This document shows positions 15,527-25,900 of a stretch of 64,000 nt of DNA, in pieces. Position 1 is the first letter of the stretch. The number at the start of each line of letters is the position of its first letter. The translations under genes were made by a program, and so were the position numbers. The stretch spans positions 1 to 64,000 of the forward strand of contig JAQGDQ010000168.1 in NCBI GenBank assembly GCA_030141605.1, written 5' to 3'. Under the pieces are notes generated by a model, which worked only from the letters and a program-made list of their open reading frames with translations, was not told the origin of the DNA and ran no database searches. This DNA comes from Tubiluchus corallicola. Lineage: Eukaryota > Animalia > Priapulida.

Positions 15527-18140
15527 TTATATATATATATAACTGTGGACATTTCGTTCATTTGTGATTTCTGTTTTTCGCTTTTTGTTTTTGGGGCATT
15601 GGCATGACACAGTCCCAGTCATATAAAATTTCATTACACATTTTCTACTGCTGTTAGTAAGATTTTTGCATATTAGTAATTTTCTATGGAAGGTTATGTA
15701 CCAACAGTGTTCGTGGTTGCAACAATATGGATTTTAAATCTTGTCAGTTGGAGAATTTTTACATTAGCACAACAACAAAATATTTCTTTTTGGTATGCTT
15801 AGCTAAATGTTTGAGGCGCTTTTGTATGCTGTTTGGTTACAATACTTTGTGATTTGTCTTATAGTTAACATGTATCATAGTAATGTATTTATTTTTATAA
15901 ATTGAGCTGGACTAGAAGAAGCGGTTGAGGACCTAAGGATGAAGCTGGAAGGTTTTGCCGGGTTCATAGTTGACGAAATTACCACAGAATGTACCTCTCA
16001 CCTTCGTCACATCAGTGACATTCCGCGCTTGTACAGAAGAACAAACAGAGACGTGAGTGAAATGTACCACTATCAGTTCACAATGTGTGTGATGCAGTGT
16101 CATTTTATAACATAAAGATGTGGCATAGTCAGTTTATGATATAAAAATCAGGTATGGTCAGTGTTTGATATAAAAACCATGGTACTGTAAATTTGTGACC
16201 TATCAGTATCACATAAAAACACAGCACTGTGTCAGTTTATAATGCAGAAAATTGGCATCGTCAATTTATATGATGTAAAAAATACCAGTGTTGTTAGTTG
16301 TGTAAAGATTTTTTAAGTGGAAATGAAACAACTTATTTAGTTTCAGGTTTTGCTACTAGTGTGTTCTTGTTTTTTTGTTTTTGTTTTAGCTCCCCTTTCA
16401 ATCTTCACATGATTATACCATTTCACATATAATTACTCATTTACACATTACAATTTTGCATAAATAGAACTTGCAACGTGTTCAGCATGAGAGACATACC
16501 AAGTCTTGTTAGTATTATAAACTGTAATCACATGTAATTAAATTCTTTTTTGATAGGTACCTAGTAAACCGTCTGCATATGTTCGAAGTGTAGTAAAGCC
16601 TCTTAGTTCATTCCTACAACAACAGCAGGATATAATTGATGCAGAACAGTTGAAAGATTGGGCTGTAAAAGTTACACAGCGCTTATGTGAGCTGTAAGAA
16701 GTTTTTAGCTTTCTTTAGATAACAGTAACTGCCGCAAACACGTTCTTGTGATACAATAAATATGCGTAAACAGTTGTAGTATAATATAGTAGTACATTAT
16801 GATTAACTAACATTAAAGTCATTTATAATACCAAAAAGCTTTTGTCGCATGTTGAGATTGCAAAAGTTAGATTTTGACGAGAATGTTTATGATACAGAAT
16901 TTGTAGAAGCGTTTTTTCATTTTATTGTTGTTGCAATGGTTATTCTTTAATGCTCAGTGGCAGGCTTAATCAGTGTAGCTGGTTGTGGCTGGACTGCAAT
17001 TCATTTAATTAAATTATTCAAGCTTGCAGTTGTTTAATATTTTTTTTAATTTTCGACCCAAAGAACAGCTTTTCATTTCACAGGTTTGCATCGTCGATGT
17101 CTGATGTACTTACTTCTGTCAAGAAAATGGAAGATAGCTTAAAGAGGCTGAAAAAAGCACGAGGTGGTGCCACCTCAGCGGGGAAGGAAGGTCTGAGTGA
17201 TGATGACAAAATCCGCCTGCAGATTGCAATCGACGTGCAACAGTTCGGTTCTGAAGTAAGTATAGAGTGATGGTTGATTGTCCATTTATGAATTACGAAA
17301 CACTGTCAGGTTAAAAAGGTTTTATTGCGGGAATAAAACGTTTTGAGAGCTTGACTAGCATTCTCATGGAACTCACGTCAGTCTTGTGAAACTAGTTTGT
17401 TGTCTGTATTAGGAAAATGTTTGGGCAAGGATTTTTGTCTATTAGTACACAAAAATAGCCCAACAAAGGTGTGATGTCACTTCACTTGTAGGAAGAAAAT
17501 TTGTTTTCTTCAGTCAGCACAAGTTTATTTCAAAATTTATTCAAGTTCATATCGCTAATAAAAGCTGAAAAACCCACGTGTGTCACTGCTTTCTAGTTCT
17601 GCTTACACAAACTTTATGCTTAGTAAGGAAGTGTTGTATAACGTGGTGTTAATATAATATATAACGTGTTGTTATATTATAATTTAACGTGTTGTTATAT
17701 TATTTAATTACTGTTGAAGGAACAAATAAGATCACTATGTCTTTGTCCGTAAAATGTTTAGCAAGTGAAGCTTTTGCTAAAACGGTAAATTGATGAATGT
17801 GTCACCGTGTTGGAGTTGCATCTCGATGTGTTGTTTGTACACAAAAGAAATTTTCAGTTACATGGTATGACATATTCTGGGATTTTATCATTTAGGATAT
17901 ACTCATTTGATGACTACCATCTGTTTCTATACTGCAGTTTTTTCTGGCTTCTGTAATTTTTTCCACATTCGTTACAAAGTTTAAATACGCTATAACACCC
18001 ATTTCCTCCACGTGAACACAGCTTTACTAAACAATTTTGTTTTTTTCCAGTTTGAGGGACTAGGAGTTAACAAGGTTGACATAGACAGCTATGGAGGATT
18101 AGTTCAACTTGTGGAATTGGCAAGGAGCACCAGCAGTTGA
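2211..18140 (+). CDS. COG2: Conserved oligomeric Golgi complex subunit 2, 18 coding exons, ~719 aa
   Basis: Exons 2211-2285, 3935-4096, 4897-4962, 6009-6089, 6398-6504, 6870-6975, 7759-7938, 8834-8955, 9335-9455, 10779-10918, 11654-11715, 11912-12072, 14398-14553, 15299-15374, 15907(or 15916)-16052, 16557-16693, 17084-17255, 18051-18140. All GT-AG with consistent phases (2160 nt). Motifs LCFNKDEFMK, AMIELINKDYADFVNLSTNLVG, WSLPVYFQIRFQEIA, DIPRLYRRTN, LTSVKKMEDSLKRLK, SDDDKIRLQ match COG2. Confidence 0.96.
2337..2990 (+). mobile_element. 3' fragment of a non-LTR retroelement in COG2 intron 1, same family as 1-1170
   Basis: ILKIRLNMIKVKGNYK..LCPVCGEDD parallels LDLRLNMVKIKANFK..MCAI at ~950-1020; frameshifts and stops. 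Confidence 0.6.
6140..6170. repeat. (TA)n microsatellite
   Basis: Pure TA run in COG2 intron 4. Confidence 0.95.
9652..10488. mobile_element. Non-autonomous Tc1/mariner-superfamily (pogo/Tigger-like) MITE, copy 1
   Basis: Imperfect 26-bp TIRs cagtaggcaccgcttaatagactcac ... gtgagtctattaactggcatctactg, flanked by TA (9650-51, 10489-90); body similar to copy 2. Confidence 0.9.
12215..13173. mobile_element. Non-autonomous Tc1/mariner-superfamily (pogo/Tigger-like) MITE, copy 2
   Basis: TIRs cagtagtcgccgcttaatagactcac ... gcgagtttattaagcggcaactactg with TA TSD (12213-14, 13174-75); shares blocks such as gggccgcttctattcaaat and ttatgagaactttgtgagccaacttc with copy 1. Confidence 0.9.
15478..15541. 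repeat. (TA)n microsatellite
   Basis: Interrupted TA run in COG2 intron 14. Confidence 0.9.
16075..16300. repeat. Degenerate ~30-bp minisatellite
   Basis: Recurring unit resembling gtcagtttatgatataaaaa..gg right after COG2 exon 15. Confidence 0.55.
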
Positions 18141-19881
18141 TGTGTTACAAATTGTGTAACAGATTTATGTTACAGTTCAGACCACTGAACTGCCAGCGGC
18201 GCCTCACCACCCGGGGGTGGTTCAGGCCTGCAGGTACGGAGCAGCAGCCTTATGACTTCCACATGACCACATTTAAACAATTAAGTTGAATTAAATAATG
18301 CTGACTATTGTTGCTTGCTAACTTGAAAGAGATTTAAATATTGCAAGGCCTAAACTAGCTGAGGCAAGATTTTAGACAAATTGAAAAAAACAGAACAAGT
18401 AATAAACTTGTACCTAGCTCCCTGTATAGCTGGTAACAGGAGGACTCTAAGCCTGGACAGAAGAAACAGAAGCATGAAGAACCACCAACTCTGCACAATC
18501 CTAGCATATTAGAAGCTAACTAACAAAATGTTTTCATATTTGTAGGCCAGTAATGTTTCATTTATGTACACAGGAACATTTTACAGTCATGCTTTAGGAT
18601 AAAATAGATATTTTATGCTGAGAGCATCAATGGTTACCTGCAATTATTTGATACCCTGTTTGACCACAAGAATGATCACAATAATTGGTTGTGATTCAGT
18701 GCACTTTTTTACAGGTGTATGTATACTTTAGTCCAAACTCAAAATAAGTTTTGATCAAGCCAAGTTTTCACAAAATATATTTTTCAGTATACTCATTAGT
18801 TTTGTGTATTATTCCATTAATAATTCAGACACTTGTACTAGATTAAGGCTGGATGCAGTAACTTATTTCTGTATTGTAAATCATAGACTCTGGTTTGGTG
18901 ATATAAGAGATTGGAAATTCCATATAAAACTATATAAAGTAATTATTAATGAAAAACAGTGACAAATTCCTGAAGTTCAAGCCATTTATTAATAATTTCA
19001 TATTTGTTAGCAGAAAAGTGAATATAACAGTAAAAATCAATTTTCGAAAACGTAGGCGCGAAGTAAAAAGACCAAATGCATGTAATTTCCATAATTGTCT
19101 AACAAAGTATAAAAATATTCTAAACATTTCGTTTAGCTATTTGATTTTTTTTGTTGCATTTCAGTATGTAAAACAACTGTAAAAATAGTTGATTAACTGT
19201 CGTAAATCAAAGGTTATTATAATTCTCTTATACATCATATGATACTATGTTTATACAGTTTATCAAAATATTACCGAAAAGTAATACTGTGGTAGGTACA
19301 CCAGTACTGATATCACAGACGAAGTTGCGGTCATGCCTTTTATGGTACAACATGTAATAATACTTTTTTGTTTTTAAATTGACACAGAAGTTTTGTTAAC
19401 ATAATGACACAGAAGTTTTGTTAACATAACTGTGTTAGAACTCTGTTCCGAGAAATGCCATTGGCACATTCGTACGTTAAGGCTATATAACGATAATAAC
19501 CTGCGCTGCAATACAAGAGTACTGACATTTAAACTTTTTTTGTTTTGTAGACATTTTCTTGCAATTTCATTTGTTATATAGCCCCAATAGTCCAACACTG
19601 CATTTCTGGAGTCTTTAGAACCTACTGAAATAAAGTTGGCACATTAAGTGCACACTGTACCATGCACGTAATATGGTGTCTGCATTTTGAACTCTGACAA
19701 AACAAAGGCTACGTTTATGGAGAAATGAGCAGCTACAATGACAAGAGGGTATAGCAGAATTTTAATAATCCCTGTAAAAACATTAATATAAAGTGCTTTG
19801 ACAACACGTCTACATAGTTAAAACTGGCACAAACTTGTGTAAAAGAAAATAGTGAATTAACAGGTTGATTTTTGCAATCTG

Positions 19882-20038
19882 TTATTTCATCTTTGTCTTT
19901 CTCAAACCGTAATAATTATAGTCTCCTGATACATTAAACTGTCGATTAAGAGAATTACTAAAATTATCTGTAAAAACTTATCAATTATTTCATCTTTGTC
20001 TTTCTCAAACCGTAATAATTATAGTCTCCTGATACATT
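19882..20038. repeat. 54-bp exact direct repeat duplicating the stop-codon region of the desulfhydrase gene
   Basis: ttatttcatctttgtctttctcaaaccgtaataattatagtctcctgatacatt at 19882-19935 and 19985-20038. Confidence 0.95.
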
Positions 20039-21113
20039 TAGTGTGGCTTTCCTGCTTCAGACAAGCATCCATACGCCCATCCATTAAACCGAATACACCG
20101 CCAGTGTGAATGAAAAGTATCTTGTTACCCCTGAATCGAGACGGATTGTGACTCAGCTCATATGCTAGCCCCTTGGCAGTCTTGCCGGAGTACACCGGGT
20201 CCAGAAGGACACCTGTTTTGGCACCCACGTCGATTATAAAATTTAGTTCTTCCATATTTGACACAGCGTACGCTATGCCGCGATGGCCATCGATTATCTC
20301 CATAATGTCCTTGGCATCGACTCCTTCGAGGCCAATTTCGTGCATTATGCCATTTGTGAATTCATAAAAGAACTGCGGTCCATCGGCCACCGAGTTGTCG
20401 CAAATAGCAACACCGTGAACTTTAAATGGGCTCCCAGCAAGGTAGTTCGCAATGGCCAAACCCACTAGAGTCCCTCCGCTACCAGCTGCAACAACAATAT
20501 CCGTAAAATTTTCCGCCCCACCTTGATGCAAGATCTCTTCAAACTGATAAATGTACCCATACATACCAACCGCATCAGAACCTCCAACTGGAATCAGATA
20601 ACTTTTCTCACCAGTTTCATTCAGAATCTTTTCTGCCATGGCTTCCATCTTTGGTTTGATCTCCGTGAGGAATTTATCATTCCAGCCGACTAGATAAATT
20701 TCGCTGCCACACATCCGATCAAGCAGCAAGTTACCATTGCAGGCCAGATCGGAAATCTCGCCATCATAGCGCAAAAACAGGTGAGGTTGAAGGCCAGCAT
20801 GACGAGCAGCGAGTGCAGTTTGACGACAATGATTAGACTGTATTGCCCCTGCAGTAAATATGTGCTTACAGCCTTTGCTTATTGCATCTGCCAGTAGGAA
20901 TTCAAGTTTCCTGATCTTATTACCAGTTGTGGCACTGCCTGTCATGTCGTCACGTTTGATAAAGACAGTAAATTTTTTATGGTCGACGTTGGGCAGCCTC
21001 CATTCGTGAATTGGTGTGTTTTCGTGAGCAAGTCGCAGACGGGAAGTAGGAACATTTTTCAGTGTACGTACCCAAGAAGGTGCTTGGTAGGGAACCACAT
21101 CTAATGAAAACAT
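20019..21113 (-). CDS. D-cysteine desulfhydrase / ACC deaminase family PLP enzyme, paralog 1 (intronless CDS, ~364 aa)
   Basis: IKRDDMTG..GNKIRKLEF (PLP Lys), AIQSNHCR, GNLLLDR, IPVGGS, GSGGT, LDPVYSGK, LFIHTGG; first ATG at 21113; candidate acceptor tttgcag at 21158 upstream. Confidence 0.93.
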   Translation of the reverse strand: MFSLDVVPYQAPSWVRTLKNVPTSRLRLAHENTPIHEWRLPNVDHKKFTVFIKRDDMTGSATTGNKIRKLEFLLADAISKGCKHIFTAGAIQSNHCRQTALAARHAGLQPHLFLRYDGEISDLACNGNLLLDRMCGSEIYLVGWNDKFLTEIKPKMEAMAEKILNETGEKSYLIPVGGSDAVGMYGYIYQFEEILHQGGAENFTDIVVAAGSGGTLVGLAIANYLAGSPFKVHGVAICDNSVADGPQFFYEFTNGIMHEIGLEGVDAKDIMEIIDGHRGIAYAVSNMEELNFIIDVGAKTGVLLDPVYSGKTAKGLAYELSHNPSRFRGNKILFIHTGGVFGLMDGRMDACLKQESHTKCIRRL

Positions 21114-22967
21114 GATGATTAAATCAAGCGTTTTCCACACTGAGTTGTGAAGTTAATCTGCAAAGCAAAAATCTGTAATGTCCAATTGTCCAAATAACGT
21201 GCTACTGTCTAAAATGCTTAAGGCTTAAAGCAGATTCACACAGGCGTCCAATGTCCACTGTTTGTCTTGGATAAAGGAAACTGTTGTAGTATAAAAATGG
21301 CATGGAGAAAACTCCTTTTACAAACACAGAAATTTATAATGAGTAAAGAAATTGCATAGAAAGTGCAAGAAGAAATATTGTGATATTGTTGATGAGCAAG
21401 GGCTCATGTGTGATATTGTGTTATTGGGCTTGAGGAGCCCATCTCATGCTTTGCTTGATAAGCAAGTAGCTAGGAGTCCATCTAACATGAAAGAAAAGTT
21501 ATACGAGTAAGTGACTCAAACAAACACAGTTAACTCAGATTAAGATTTTGCAATAAAGCACTGTGTACAAGTAGAACTGCTACGAAAATGCAAGAGGCAT
21601 TTTCTGACACTAGGCCTACTATTTTAATTGTAGAGAAACATGCTTAATTGCATCACCATCTGATCTGGAAAATGCTGTGAAGTGCCAATTTCCACATTTA
21701 AAATAAAAGAGAAAAAACGAAAATTTCCACAAAAGATGATTTCACCATTTCATGTTACAGCTCAAGGAAAACCTGCTCTTTGAGCCTCCTCGTTGTTTAG
21801 TACCCACGCAGTTGCTTATGGGAATAAAAAGATGATTTTACTGCCTTGCATGCACAATACAAGTGGACACTCTTAATACTGGCTTGGTCAATCATGGGTA
21901 AAAATTCCAGCTGCTGCCTTTACACTGTTTCCTAGAATCAGGCAGTGAGTCGAGTTACTGTTAGTGCACAAATTGGTAATGCATCATGTGACTGACTTTT
22001 ATACTTTGTCCAAATGCACTCAAACATATTTCACTGAATCTGACAACCGAGTTAGGTAGGGAAGCACACCTGTCGAGTCATTTTTTCAGGCATGAGCAAA
22101 ATCAATTGTCACAATGGAATCCAAGATTCAGCAGCAGACTTGCTACTAAGGTGGATAAGTTGTAACACAATGGCAACCTAGCTCTTTGTTAAGAATAAGC
22201 CTGTATGATAAGACACATCCGAGCACAGTGGTCGGTCAGTATTTATACATCTTCCCTTAATAAGATAAATAGTGGCAAGCATTACAGCTGACGAGCAGCC
22301 ACCACTCCCCACCTGCTCACAAATCTGGTTCAGTGTTGCTTGACTTGAAAAAAAACAAACATGCACAGCAACACTCAGCTATTCCTATTACCATTACCTG
22401 CTTCATTCATAAGAAGCATAAATATTTCAAAAAAATTATAAGTACTATGTTGCTAAATCAAGCCATTAAATGTACCCTTAATTTTATTAGCAACAAAATG
22501 TTATGTGACATGAAGTGACATTTAATTTTAGCAACTACTGGTACAATTGCACAGTTCCTACAGTACACTGTATTTAATTATAATAACACTGAGATGAGCT
22601 GAAATTATATTATTTGTATTTAGATTAATTAAAATTTGCTTTGAAGTTCTCTTATGCAGTGTATACAGCAACAGGAAGAGTAGCGATAGGTGATTTTTGA
22701 ATTCTTCTCAAGTTCTCAAGTGTTTAGTAAAATACCTAGCTAACATTTAACTGAACGTACAGCAAACATGACATAATTTAAGTTATGTCAAGTCAGTTAT
22801 GCCATTTTTAAAAACCTACACCTTTTTTGCCCTTTTTGATTTGTAACCCAAAGATGCAGCATATTTCATTAGTTATTACTAGAGATGCACTATTAATTAG
22901 TGCACACATTGACCATTCAAAATATTGAAATAGTGAAAAAGCCGTAAGCAGTCATTAAGTACTAAAT

Positions 22968-25900
22968 TCATGCCCACACATCACTAAACACTGATTCATG
23001 CATCTTATATCTAAAACCTTTGGCATTTATTGGTGCTTGATACCATAATAAATCCACTTCCTCGATGTTTGGTTTCCCACATGAAATAATTGTCTCTATA
23101 TTTTCCTTTTCTTTAACTGTGTCAAGTTGAACACAATCTTTATCTGTAATATCAAGTGGAGAAATGCCACTAAGTTCTTTCAATTCAGCATAATTAGTTG
23201 GAGTAGAAGTTTTGTTGTCATATGCCACTTGCTCTGATGGCATTACCTTAGTTGATTTTAACAACATACTGGGTTTCTCATAGGCATTATCATTATCACA
23301 GTTTGATGCATTCGAACGTATACAATACACCTTGTTTTGCAGTTCAAGCACTTCGCCGTTTGTCAGACTGAGTCTAACATGAACACCGCAGCTTGGCAGA
23401 CTATACCTCAATTTTGGAACAAACCAATCCAACTTAACAGCCCTTGGAACTTGTAGTAACACCGAAATATTCGTTAGTGATATGGATTTCAGCTCCAGCA
23501 GACTATTGCATGTTACTAACCTCCTGAATACAATTTGCAAGCACTGTTTTGGTGACAAGTCAGGGCCTGTAAGACCCGCTTGACAGGGTAAATCAATCAC
23601 ATATGATTCTTTTGGGCTGGCAGCTGTTGCACCTAATAACAGAGCAACACGCCGAATCGGAATACCGTGTGAAAATAAAGAATCAATGTAGGAAAAAACA
23701 TTATCCAAGAGCAGTATCAGACGCATGGCTTTCCTCTTTTGGTTACTGACTGGCGTCCGACCAGCTCTTCTTCGTATTCTTCTTGGGGTAATACCACTAT
23801 CAAGTGAAAGCTGCAATCAATGAATAAAAGCATACAAAATAATATTACAACACATAATTACAGATAATAAGTAGTTAGAACAAAATTATTAAAATTTACT
23901 TTAGCAAAGAGTGGTAATAATAGACTGAACATTACTTAGTTATGATTTATTGTTCACTTATAGAACGTTTTTGGCTATTTAACAAACTGTAGCATAGTCA
24001 GTATCCCATGAAGTATATACTAATATTTAGTTTTTTTTCACGAAAAATGCTAACCACTTTACAATTTATACACCATGACTCTATCCAAAAACACTAAGCG
24101 TGTAACTGGAAACCTTTTAACTTTACATTTGCTGATACGTAACGTATTTTGTACCATCCCTGTCCTTACATTTTCAGAAATTTAAATTGTTATTCACTAA
24201 TTTTTAACTTGGAAAACACTACATTTTCTGCATACACTGGTCTTTATGTGGTCCCTATCACTTAATAATTTAAACATTAGGTCCTGCTTACAAAGTGCAT
24301 TAAAAAGATGTGACTGTCATAGCCAACCAATAAAACAGATATTGAAACATCGAATTATAATTACTGAATTATTATTATAAATTGCACATTCTCTAGGTAT
24401 TTTACGCACACGGTGTACAACTGTACAGGCATTAGCTGTTATTTAATCATGAATCTAAAAGGCAACCAAGTCATAATTTCCTAGTCAGTGCTAGTTGTAA
24501 TATTAATATTTTTATAATAATTTGAAATCATTTTATAATTGTAATTAATGGAATATTTATGAAATTTGCTAAACTCACAATTTTAGTTTAGAGGACTTCA
24601 TTTGCAAGCCTCACTTGATTTCCAGTACGGCCAGTTTGCCTAAGATGTGATTCCATTCGACCATCCATAATGCCAAAAATGCCGCCGGTGTGAATAAAAA
24701 GAATGCGATTTCCTTTGAAACGTGACGGATTGTGAGTAAGTTCGTGCACTAATCCTAGTGCTGCTTTTCCGTTATAAACTGGATCCAAGAAGATTCCAGT
24801 GGCGATGCAAACTTGCATTATAAACTCAAGTTCACGTGATGTTGACTTTGCATATCCTAAACCCTTGTAACCGTCAATGATATCAACTATGTCTTTAGCT
24901 TCTACATCACTTAAACCAACTGAGTTCAATGTGTTACTTATGTGTTTAAGAAAGTACACCTCGTCATTGCAGACAGAAACAGCATGTATTTTTAATTTGC
25001 TTCCTGTCAGAAAATTAGCAATGGCAATTCCAGCAGTGGAGCCGCCACTCCCAACAGCGAGCACAATATCATCGAAATTCTTATGCACACCCTGATTCAG
25101 CAATTCCTCAAAAAAATCTATAAAACCAAACAAGCCGACAATATTTGAGCCACCCACTGGAATCAAATAACAACTTTCTCCTGTTTCATTTGATAAGTGA
25201 TCAGCGTAATTTTTCATCAACGCATCTCGATTATCTTTTTCACTTCTGTTCACCAAAAAAATATTTGAGCCACACATTATGTTAAGCAATGTGTTGCCGT
25301 GGCAACTAACAGTATCTGGCGTGTCTTCGGACAAAAGGAAAAGATGCGGTTTCAATCCTAACTGTCGGGCAGCAACAGCTGTAGCTCTGCAATGATTAGA
25401 CTGTATTCCGCCTGTGGTAATGACATGCTTACAATCCTTTTTAACTGCATCAGCTAGTAAAAACTCCAACTTTCTTGTCTTATTACCAGTCAGCACACAA
25501 CCAGTCAAGTCATCACGTTTTATGCTGACACTGTAAGTTCCCGAAACACTGGGCAATAACCAGGGATGAATTGGGGTGTTTTTCTGTGCTAGACATACTC
25601 TTGAGTTCGGGATTTTTGTCAGTGGTGCTGCCCACAGAGGACAGTTGTAGAGTTTAAGTGAATAATGTCTACAAAGACTTGACATCATCTCACATGCACA
25701 GTTTGCACACAAGCTTATAAAGTTTTGCTACAAAATTAACGTAATGCAAGAAATTAGAATTATTTTGTTCAGGCCAAAACAAGAACTTTGCACTGTACGA
25801 ATGATCAAGGATGTCATAACAGGAATGCAGCAAATTTGATTCATCATTAATGTTAAGAATCAATAATACCAAACTATAACTTAGATGTCACTTCATGCAA

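Noticed and set aside
18138-18300. Selenocysteine or readthrough at the COG2 UGA
   Set aside because: The protein ends at the expected position, no SECIS core is recognisable and another stop follows after 15 codons
16050-19430. Short tandem repeats (16075-16300, 17633-17705, 19381-19429) as CRISPR-like arrays
   Set aside because: No constant repeat with unique spacers, no cas genes, eukaryotic context
20019-25712. Bacterial contamination or true ACC deaminase
   Set aside because: The genes are interleaved with spliced host exons and host-like flanks, and lack the ACC-deaminase Glu/Leu diagnostic residues
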